From positions 1 to 33,376 of the forward strand of contig JWZX01002923.1 in the NCBI GenBank assembly GCA_001275005.1: a stretch of 33,376 nt of DNA. The letters are read 5' to 3'. Shown one piece after another: positions 9,514 to 18,106 of the stretch. This stretch comes from Chrysochromulina tobinii. Lineage: Eukaryota. The notes beneath the pieces were generated by a model. That model had not been told where the DNA came from, did no database searches, and was given only the letters and a program-made list of their open reading frames with translations. The position numbers and the translations under genes were made by a program. Numbering within the stretch: the first letter of the stretch is position 1; each line of letters opens with the position of its first letter.

Positions 9514-10800
9514 CTACAAGCGCTTCTTCTTCGGTTTCGCGGTGTCACCTTCACTCGCCACCTCCACCTTGGCCTTACTCTTGGAGACTGCCGTCGATTT
9601 GTCGGCCGCCTTCTCGGCCGCGGACGCCTTTGTAGCTGCGGCCTTTGTCGCTGCGGCCTTTGTCGCTGCCGCCTTTGTCGCCTCTGTCGCCACCGCCTCA
9701 GCTGCCGCCGCCTCGGCCACCGCTTCGGCCTTGCGCTTGCGAGCCGCCTTGGCATTTGAAGTCGCGGGAGGGGGGTCGGCAGGCGCTGCTTCGGCTGTCG
9801 AATCTCCCTTGGCCTTTCTCATAGGAGCTACCTGGACCCCTGCTGCTGACTGCGCCAGAGGAGTTTTCGTCTCGGCCGCGGTGGCCGCCTCGGCAGCCAC
9901 CGCCTTCGCCGCCGAACCCGCCGTCTTGTGCTTCTTGCGTGCGGGCTGGCTCGAAGCTGCATCCTCAGCTCTTGGCACCGCAGTGGCCGCATCTGGCTTT
10001 GACGCCTCGTCCCTGCTCGCGTCGAGTACCGCCACCGTCGTAGGCTTTGGCACCGCTGCCGTCGTGATAACGCCGCGCTTGCGCTTGCCTCCCTCGGCGG
10101 CTGCCTGGGCGTATCCGCCAAACTCGTACTCAATTCCCGCGGCGGCGAGCTTACGGCGCTTGGCTGACTCCGCGCGAAGGAGCTTGGCCTCGCGCCTGGC
10201 CGCTTCCTCCTCCGTGCGCGCGCGGTTGTGCTCCTTACGCACAATCAGCACTCGGTCCACGGCGCGCCATTTCCGATTGGCATCCTTGAACGTCTCCGAG
10301 TGCACCGCTTCGGGAGCAATGACCTTGGCCACGAGGATCTTGGAGAAGAGCAAGTAGCCGTTCATCGCCTTGGCGACCACCTCGGCCACCTCGGCGTGCT
10401 TGAACTCGATGAACGCATAGTGCTTCGAGCGACCCGTCTTCTTATTGCGCGCAAGCCGCAAGCGTGTCACTATGCCGAACTGTGAGAAAAAGCCCTTCAT
10501 CTGCTCCTCATAGAAGCCATGTGGAATGTGGCCGAGGTAGAGTACCGCAGCGCCAGCTGGCGTCTGTCGCGGCCCACCAGCGCGCGAGGCGATGTCGCGC
10601 TTCATGGCAGATGTCGTCGCCGCGTCAACCTCCATGGCGCGCGGCTCTTCTGAGCTCGTTTTCACCTCCGCCGCGACCGCAGCCGCGATCCGCTTCGCAG
10701 AGCGCTCGGCGCTGCTGGTGGAGGCCGCCGCGGCATTAAGACGCTTCGCGGAGAACTGTCTGCCCACTTGCTTCTTCCGACCTCCCTTCCCTCCGGGCAT
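9514..10800 (-). CDS. NIFK: Nucleolar RRM protein, NIFK/Nop15-like (60S biogenesis; 428 aa)
   Basis: VLYLGHIPHGFYEEQMKGFFSQFG.VTRLRLARNKKTGRSKHYAFIEF...AMNGYLLF and KRRKLAAAGIEYEF; Ala/Lys-rich tail with an (ATKAA)x4 repeat at ~9626-9682; ATG at 10800. Confidence 0.88.
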   Translation of the reverse strand: MPGGKGGRKKQVGRQFSAKRLNAAAASTSSAERSAKRIAAAVAAEVKTSSEEPRAMEVDAATTSAMKRDIASRAGGPRQTPAGAAVLYLGHIPHGFYEEQMKGFFSQFGIVTRLRLARNKKTGRSKHYAFIEFKHAEVAEVVAKAMNGYLLFSKILVAKVIAPEAVHSETFKDANRKWRAVDRVLIVRKEHNRARTEEEAARREAKLLRAESAKRRKLAAAGIEYEFGGYAQAAAEGGKRKRGVITTAAVPKPTTVAVLDASRDEASKPDAATAVPRAEDAASSQPARKKHKTAGSAAKAVAAEAATAAETKTPLAQSAAGVQVAPMRKAKGDSTAEAAPADPPPATSNAKAARKRKAEAVAEAAAAEAVATEATKAAATKAAATKAAATKASAAEKAADKSTAVSKSKAKVEVASEGDTAKPKKKRL

Positions 10801-10968
10801 TCTTTCGGCTGGCGGTCGAGCGACGTGACTCGCGCCCGTTAGCGCGCGAATTCGAAATGTCACGGGCAAACATGTGTTGGTACGTGGACATTTGAGCTAC
10901 ATGTAACTTTGCGACACAATCTTGAGTGGGCAAGATTTCACGTCCACGACTTGCGAGATTCTCACACT
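10801..10968. promoter_or_regulatory. Compact divergent promoter region (NIFK-like / GPX-like)
   Basis: 168 bp, relatively AT-rich, between head-to-head ATGs; contains TACATGTA at 10898-10905. Confidence 0.55.
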
Positions 10969-12062
10969 ATGCGATTCGCCGTCCTTATTTTCGTGGGTGT
11001 GGCGACGACGGCCGGTCACGATCCGGTCTCCTCACTCGCAACGCGGCGCGTTGCACTTGCGCGAGCGGCAGCCGTAGCAGGCACTGGACTCTGGCGCAGT
11101 GCGGTGCTTGCGGAAGATAGCGCGGCCGCCGCCGCCAGTGAGGCTTACGACGCATCTGCCGTGGCACCCGAAGTGCTGCCGCCGCCCGCCCCGCCCGCGC
11201 CACCTGCAATCTCGGCATTCGATTTTGACGTGCCCTTTCGCGGCGAGCCGCGCGAGATCACACCCTTCCTTGGCAGAGCGAACCTGCTGGTGAATGTCAA
11301 GTTCGACGACCCGGAGACGCTCGATCAGATGCCAGCAATCGGCGACATGGTCTCGCGGTACAGCGAGCGTGGGCTGCACGTGCTCGCCTTCCCCACTGAC
11401 CAAGGGTGGTTCGAGGCCGACGACTCGAACACCCTGCGGCTCAAGTACAAGTCGGTGTACGGTTTCGGCCAGTACCCGACAGCAGTCGTCTTCGACAAGA
11501 CCGACCTCCTCGGCGGCAACGCGCTGCCTCTGTACACGTGGATGACCACGACGCTGAGCAACCCGTGGGGTGTCAACCGCCTTGTCTTCAACTACGAAAA
11601 GTTCCTCGTCGACGATCGCGGGCAGCCTCGGCGCCGCTACCCGCGCAAGTTCCCGATACAGCTGATGGATGCGGATGTGCGCACGGCCAGATGCTGGCGG
11701 CAGCGACCCCCCGCCGCCGTACGGCGTGGCACCCGCCCTATGCACCCCTCCTTCCATCTTCATCCTCCTAGCCCCACCTGCTTGGTCACGGAACGTGACT
11801 GGCCCATGGCTTTCCCTCGTGCGTTCGGCTTACAGGTGCAAGCGCTGCTCAACGGCCAGCCGCTGCCGCCTCCGAGCGCGTCACTGGAAAAGGCGTGGGA
11901 GGATGCCAAACGCGAGGCAGTCAAGTCGGAGTACTCGTTCAAGCCAGGACTGGTACGTGTCGCCGCTGCTCCGACGTCCTTGGCGCCGAGCTCCCACCGC
12001 TGACACTGCGCTCGACCCCTTGCCCGCAGAACTACTATGCCACGGGCTCGCCCGCCTCATGA
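10969..12062 (+). CDS. Glutathione peroxidase-fold protein lacking Cys/Sec, predicted plastid/thylakoid-lumen targeted; exons 10969-11676, 11836-11952, 12030-12062 (285 aa)
   Basis: GPX signature remnants LLVNV, GLHVLAFPTDQ, F.K.D..G..A.PLY.W and FNYEKFLVD..G. Introns 11677-11835 (GTGCGC..TACAG) and 11953-12029 (GTACGT..CGCAG, with a GCTGAC branch-like site). Confidence 0.8.
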
Positions 12063-12394
12063 ACGCGCGTGGTGAGGACCACACTGAGGAGCATGTTGCG
12101 AGCCACCCAGGAGCCACCTGGGCGCCACGACGGAACGTTCGCGGTTTGTGTACGGCCTGTACGCCCCGGCTCGCCCCACGAATCATTTGAATTGACTAAA
12201 TTGTGTACATGTATCGAATACATGTATGTGCACCTTTGGCCCGGGACCAGGGAGGAACGACTCGGCTTGCTTGCTTGCTTGCTTGACTCGACTCTCCACT
12301 TGACTTCCACTTCGGGGAATCAAGTGCGGCAGAGGGGATTGCGGAATTGCAACTGTGGTGACGTCGCCTCCGTCCAGCACAGCACAAGTCTGCG

Positions 12395-14771
12395 ATGGTG
12401 CGCTCCATGCTTGCCCACCGAGCCAAAGCCGCGCCGCTCACCTCGCTTCCTCCTGTGTCCCTCACCGTCGTGCCTTTCGTCGTGCGCTCAGGGCAAGAAG
12501 AAGCAGTTCATCGATCGTACGGCGGAGTCGACTGCACACTTCCAGATTGTCCACCGCTCGCAGCGTGACCCGCTCGCAGCGGACCCCGACGCGCCTCAGC
12601 GCGTGCTTCTTCCGACCGAGATTGGTCAACGTAAAGGCACCTCGGACCGCGCGAGTCAGAGCACACGCGCCTGGCTCGAGGAGCAGGATCTGGCCGGGTT
12701 TGAGGCCCTCACGGGACGGCCCACTCCCGGCCGTCGCTCCGAAGACTTTGCCGACTTCGCGGTTGCACCCAACGACGACTACGACTACGGGCAGCATCTG
12801 CTACCAATCAAGGGCGACGGTGTTTTCATCCCTAGGACCGAGCTGCTCGGCCCGAGCGGTGGCGGCTCCTCGGCCGGTGGAAGAGGCTCTCGCTCTGTCG
12901 CTGGCTCGTCTGCGTCGCGGCTCTCGCGGCTCTCGCGCGCGTCGATCACGCTGCGCAACGTCGCGGGCGTCAGCGAGGCATTCGCGTCGGCCGAGGAGCT
13001 GGCCGTCGCCGTGGGCGGCGCGAGCAATGGGCTGGACGAGGAAGAAGAAGAATCGCTCGTCCGTGCTGAGATGGGTGAAGAGCTCTGGGCATTGCTGCAG
13101 ACCGACGGGCCGAAAGACGCTAGCATCCTCGAGGAGGAGGAGGAGGAGGGTGGGGAGGGCGCCGACGGCGTTGAGCGACCCAATGAGGACGAAGATGAGC
13201 TCGAAGACGATTTCGTGATAAAGGCCGCCCTGCCGATTGTGCCCAGCCGCCGCAGACGGCCAAAGCGGCAGCAGCAGCTTCCGAAAGGCAGCGCGACGGT
13301 TCGGCCGGAGGGCGAGGAGGGCGAGGAGGGCGAGGAGGGTGAGGACGACGAGGACGACGAGGACGACGAGGACGTCGAGGACGACGAGGACGACGAGGAC
13401 GACGAGGACGACGAGGACGACGAGGACGAGGACGAGGAGGAGGAGTGGGAGGACGAGGAAGACGACGAAGGCGAGGAGGACGATGAAGGCACGATGCGGC
13501 GTGTGATGGAGGCGGCAGAGGCCGCAGCCGTGCGGCAGCAAGCGGCGACGAGCGCCGGAGTGAGCGCCGGAGCGGCGGTGGTGGGGCTAGGCCCCAAGCG
13601 GATCAATCCCTTCAAGGAGCTCTTCCCCAGCGACAGCGAAGAGGAGGAGGACGAGGGGGCGCTGCCCAAGGCAGCGGCGGGCAACTCGGCGCGCGGTGGC
13701 GCAGCGCGTGGCGGCAGCAGCGGCGCAAAAGGCGGCGCGAAGAAGGTCAATCCGTTCAAGGAGCTCTTTCCGAGCGACAGCGAGGAAGAGGGCGAGGGCG
13801 ATGAGGAAAGCGAGCTCGGCAGCCGCATGGAGAAAGTGAGTGTTCGTGGGCGCGTGGGCGCCGATGGCCGGTTGCTGGACGCGCGCTTCGAGCAGCTCCT
13901 TGCGGACGAGTACTCGGATGATGAGATCGGCGAGCTCGATCCAGACGACCCGCGGCTGGCGGGGCCGGCGGGGCTCGAGGCCTTTGACGGGGTGCTCGAC
14001 GAGTACCTGCATGAGCAGCGAACCAAGAAGTTGGAGTATGTCAAGGTGCTCGGGGATGGCTCCTCACGCGAATGGGCGCGGCTTCCGGCCCACGAGCGCC
14101 AGCCGGTGCCTAGTGGCTCGAGCGTCGACGCCGGCGCTGATGCAGCAGGCGCCGCCTCGGACGCGGTGGACGGTGCCACCGGGTCGGTGGCGGCGCGCTT
14201 GTCCACGATTGATCGGCTAGGCAACGGTGTCGAGGCCCCAGATGTGGTTTCGGATTCGGACGACGCCTCGATCGAGGAGAATCCCTTCTTCGAGGCCCTC
14301 AAGGAGGGGTATCGAAAGGAGCGCGAGTGGGATGCGGAGACCATCCTCTCGACATACTCGACGACGGAGAACCACCCGACACTCGTGAGGTGCGCCCGCA
14401 AGCCTGCAAAGGGCAAGGAGGGTATTCAGCTCGACCGGCGCACGGGCCTGCCTGTCGGGCTGATGCTCCCTGCTGAGGAGGAGCGACGACGCAAGGCGCT
14501 CGCCGACACAGCAGAGGAGGCGGGTGGCAATGAGGAGGATGAACGATCCGAGGGCGCCGTTGAGGTCTTCAATGCGGGCGCGGCGCGTCCAAAAGATGAG
14601 AGCAAAGAAGAGAAGCGGCAGCGCAAGGCGGAAGCGAAAGCGGCGCAGGCAGCACGCCGTGCTGAGAAGAAGGCCACGAAGACTGCCTTCCGCGAAGAAC
14701 GCACCGAGGTGGCCAAGGCCAAGCACTCGACGACCCAGTTGCCCGGCCAACAATCGCTCTCGCGTTGGTGA
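12395..14771 (+). CDS. LTV1: LTV1 homolog (40S biogenesis/export factor); exons 12395-12397 and 12492-14771 (~760 aa)
   Basis: GKKKQFID...HFQIVHRSQRDPL, DDYDYGQHL, LLDARFEQLL..EYSDDEIGELD, WDAETILSTYS..ENHP, RPKDESKEEKRQRK. ATG|GTGCGC...CTCAG|GGC gives MGKKK. Confidence 0.9.
13310..13490 (+). repeat. Acidic low-complexity tract: (GAGGGCGAG)n then (GAGGACGAC)n 9-bp repeats in LTV1
   Basis: Directly visible 9-nt tandem repeats encoding poly-D/E. Confidence 0.9.
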
Positions 14772-15058
14772 TTCGCGAGGCAGGAGCGACTCCATATCCC
14801 ACCGAAACAGGCGCGAGGGAGCACATGGAGGGAAATCAAGAAAGTGTTCCGAGCTCTCTTATCTTGCGCTGCACTTCTTACGAACTTCTTACGTTCTTGC
14901 TTCTTAATTTTTCCAATTGTTCCTTGTATGCCGTCTTGTCGTGTGTGTATAAACAGACTCGGCACTTGAAGCGTTTCGTCAGAATGATTCCACAGACCGG
15001 TACAAGTTCCGTGTGCCTTCGAGGCCGCCGGTTCACGTATAAACCGTCGCCGGCGCCA

Positions 15059-17869
15059 ATGGGAGAAGAGAGGACGGACCGCCGCAGCTGGTACTGGGCG
15101 TGGGACCATCTGCACCAGTCTCGGCCGGGCGTGCGCGGCGCCGCCGGTCGGCTCCACTTGCTCGTCGCCGAGACGGTGCTCTACAAGGACAATGAGCCGA
15201 CAGCGTGGATCTTCACGGCCAAGGATGGCGCGGTCATGCGCCGGCACACGAAACGCTATCGCACCGAAATCGTGGTTGAGGGCATAGTGCGCCACTCGCT
15301 CGAGAATGCGGTCGTCGCGGGCGCGCGCAACCGCCACGCAGCCGTCGTTCGTCGCGGTAACGACGGCTCCGTTGACATCAAGGCGTGCTTGCTGAGCGAG
15401 GAGGACATCGCCGGCATGGCGGGCGAGGGCGGCGGGCTCACGAGCAATCTGCTCGCTCTCCAGGCGTGCGTGCACACGCGCGCCAACAGCGGCGCGCGCT
15501 ACCGCTGCGAGGCGCGCCGTGAGTCAGGAGGCCTCCAGCTGCGGTTTGGCGTCGAGAAGCTCTGCTACCTGGGCGCGCCAACGGCGGCCGACGCGCCGCA
15601 CCCTCGAAGCGTGGCGGGTGCGAAGCTCAACGTGGGCCCGGCGTTTGCGCTCAAATGCACGATGAATGCATTCAACGTCGCCCTGAGCCAAGCGACCAGC
15701 GCGATCGTCTCGCACCTCGAGGCGGTGGGCAAGACCAAGATGGTGCACTTGCAGGCAGACTTCATCATCGACGCAGCGAACGAGTTACCCGTGCTCGTGG
15801 CCATGCCACTCGTGGTGACCACGCCACTGCCCAGGCCACCGGTGCGCGACCAAGCCGCCGCGCTCGCCCCGTCGGCCATCGATATGGCCGCGGCGAATGC
15901 GCTGCTGGCCGCCGCGCAGGCGCAGCCATCAGTGGGGAGAATGCACAGCCTCAGCCGTGGCAGCAGCAGCCGCGCGGGCTTGGGCTCAGCCGGGGGCGGC
16001 GGCAGCTCGGCCCTCTCGGCGCGCGCCTCGGCGCGTGTCGGCGCGTCCGCAGCCGAGGTAGCCCCAGCTGCCGTCGCAGCCGACGCGACGGCAGCCCAAA
16101 TGCGTGATGGGGGCTCCAACATCATCTCATCGGTGATCGGAGGACTCAGCAGGCCCACGGCGACTGCGAGCGGGTTCTTGGGGACGCTCACACGCACCCA
16201 GACGGTCACGCAGGTCGTCACGAATGACGCGCAGCTGACGGCGAAGAGCCGCACCGGCACTCGCACTGGCCCGGCGTCGTCTTCGGCGCTCCTCTCCAAA
16301 AGCAACCGCGTACAAATCAGCGCGGTGAAGATCGGTGCGGTGAAGACCGACGTGAAACGACCCTCGAGCGGCGGCGGGCTGCGCCCCACCCCTTGGATGC
16401 GCCTGCACCCGCCGATCCCCGTCGCCTTTCCAGACCAGGGTCGCGCCGGGGCGTCTAAGATGCGTGTGTGCTGTGGCGACTTTTGCGCGGTGGGCGGCGG
16501 GGAGGTGGAGGAGGAGGAGGAGGAGATGAATACAACCAGGGGCAAGCGCCCCGGCAGCTCGGCGCCGCTCGAGGGCCTACGCCCAGCCAAGAGCCTCGAC
16601 GCGATCGGCGGCGCCGCGGGCCGCGGACCTCCCAAGTTCGTGGTGGCCTACCGGTCGATCCTGCTCGCGCGTGCCGAGCATGCGATGCCCAAGCTGAGCG
16701 GGAATGAGCAGCGCGACGCCACCGTGCGCGCGACGCTCCTCGAGCAAGGACGCCCGGGGTATGCGCACCCGAGCGCGCCGGTGACGCCGCACCCGACGGA
16801 GTTTTACAAGCCGGTGCACGTGTGCCACGCATGCTACGTCGTCTACTGCCGGCTGGACGCGGCGCGTGCCCAGACGTGCATGCCCGCCGACGAGCCCGAG
16901 TTGCCCCGACGGCCGACGCACGATCTCGACGGCCGTCGCTCGCAGCCGGCCTTGGAGGGCAGCGCGGCGGCGCCCGCCGCCGCGGAGCTCGTGGCCATGC
17001 CGTGGCGACCGTTCTTCGCGCCGGCGGCCCGGCTCGCGTACGCGGAGCTCGAGCGCGGCTTCCCGCTCGGCTCGCGCGAGACGAAGCGTCTGGTGGCTGA
17101 GCTGCAGCGGCGGCCGAACACAGCCGACCACATCGCGCCGCCGCGCGCCACCGCTATGAGTACCTCGCCGTCCGCCGTCGTCTCGCTCGCGCTGCAGGCG
17201 TCCGCGACGGCGCCCGCACTAGCACGCGCGCGCTCGGCTGCGGCGGGTCGCTCGTGGCTCCCAGCAGGAGATCTCTACGCCGGGATCGGCGGGGGGGTCC
17301 TCGGCGGCGCGCCAGCGGGCTCGCTCGCAGGGCTGCACCAGCCGTTCGGGTACATGGCCGCCGCCGCCGCCGGGTACAATGGCTCGCCGTGCGGGCTGCA
17401 CGGTAGCTCGAGCGCGCCCGCGCTGCGCACCGCCGCGCCTCTCATCCGGCAGCATCAGGAGCAAGGTGTGGCGCTCACCCCCGCGCCACCGCCGCTGCCG
17501 CCTCCAACGGCGCCTCCCGAGGATGCCCTTGGGCACGGGGCCAGGAGCGCCACCAGAAGCGCCAAGGGCGGCGGCACAGTCAAGGCTCAGCGCGCAGACG
17601 GGGCGGGTCCGTCGCTCTCCGACCTTGCCGAGCTGCCTCCGTTTGAGGCCGCCTACCCGTCCAAGGACTACGAGAAGGTCGTGATGGCCACCTCGGCCTT
17701 CACCCCACCGTCGCCAGCGCCGCCTCCAATGTCTGCTAAGGAGAAGGAGGCCGCGCTCGTGCAATACCTCTCGTTCGAGATGATGCCACTCACCGGTGGC
17801 GAGGGCGCCTCGTCGCGAATCCGCAGCCGAGCCGGCCGCAGTGGCTCGAAAGCGGTCATGAAAGAGTGA
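15059..17869 (+). CDS. Uncharacterised protein (~936 aa) with a globular N-terminal domain and split Cys motifs (CCGDFC ... VCHACY)
   Basis: Long ORF with coding-like GC3 bias from ATG 15059 (MGEERT). The upstream extension 14765-15058 is AT-rich and UTR-like. Confidence 0.75.
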   Translation: MGEERTDRRSWYWAWDHLHQSRPGVRGAAGRLHLLVAETVLYKDNEPTAWIFTAKDGAVMRRHTKRYRTEIVVEGIVRHSLENAVVAGARNRHAAVVRRGNDGSVDIKACLLSEEDIAGMAGEGGGLTSNLLALQACVHTRANSGARYRCEARRESGGLQLRFGVEKLCYLGAPTAADAPHPRSVAGAKLNVGPAFALKCTMNAFNVALSQATSAIVSHLEAVGKTKMVHLQADFIIDAANELPVLVAMPLVVTTPLPRPPVRDQAAALAPSAIDMAAANALLAAAQAQPSVGRMHSLSRGSSSRAGLGSAGGGGSSALSARASARVGASAAEVAPAAVAADATAAQMRDGGSNIISSVIGGLSRPTATASGFLGTLTRTQTVTQVVTNDAQLTAKSRTGTRTGPASSSALLSKSNRVQISAVKIGAVKTDVKRPSSGGGLRPTPWMRLHPPIPVAFPDQGRAGASKMRVCCGDFCAVGGGEVEEEEEEMNTTRGKRPGSSAPLEGLRPAKSLDAIGGAAGRGPPKFVVAYRSILLARAEHAMPKLSGNEQRDATVRATLLEQGRPGYAHPSAPVTPHPTEFYKPVHVCHACYVVYCRLDAARAQTCMPADEPELPRRPTHDLDGRRSQPALEGSAAAPAAAELVAMPWRPFFAPAARLAYAELERGFPLGSRETKRLVAELQRRPNTADHIAPPRATAMSTSPSAVVSLALQASATAPALARARSAAAGRSWLPAGDLYAGIGGGVLGGAPAGSLAGLHQPFGYMAAAAAGYNGSPCGLHGSSSAPALRTAAPLIRQHQEQGVALTPAPPPLPPPTAPPEDALGHGARSATRSAKGGGTVKAQRADGAGPSLSDLAELPPFEAAYPSKDYEKVVMATSAFTPPSPAPPPMSAKEKEAALVQYLSFEMMPLTGGEGASSRIRSRAGRSGSKAVMKE

Positions 17870-18106
17870 CCGGCGCTCCACAAAGAGTGTTCAAAGAGAG
17901 CCCAAAGAGGCGAGTGTCGTGTCAGAGTCTATGTCAGAGTGTCCTGAAGCCTAGCCTCCCGGCGAGCTGGTGTTGGCAAGCAAGATGCAGTCCTGAACGT
18001 GAACGTGAATGTGCAGTGCATGTTTGCACTTGGACCGGACGTTTCATCGGCCCGTGCTGCTCGTCGGGAGCGGCTAGCGAGGGCGGCGTCAAGCCGGCCT
18101 CCCGGG

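Noticed and set aside
259..12491. Introns as introner-like mobile elements
   Set aside because: The seven introns share no sequence similarity, terminal inverted repeats or consistent target-site duplications that I can see.
12785..14416. 543-aa Ser-rich antisense ORF, and similar long antisense ORFs at 9455-10357, 15565-16635, 18614-19942 and 19252-20640
   Set aside because: These are shadows of real genes in high-GC DNA, with no independent motifs.
15038..15043. TATAAA upstream of ATG 15059
   Set aside because: It lies only 15 nt from the ATG, too close for a canonical TATA box for this start.
17881..18012. Clustered short direct repeats (CAAAGAG x3, TGTCAGAGT x2, TGAACG-like x3); also (GCTT)5 at ~12265 and repeats at 32912-33005
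   Set aside because: They are short slippage-type duplications with no regular spacer structure, so not CRISPR-like, and no function can be supported.
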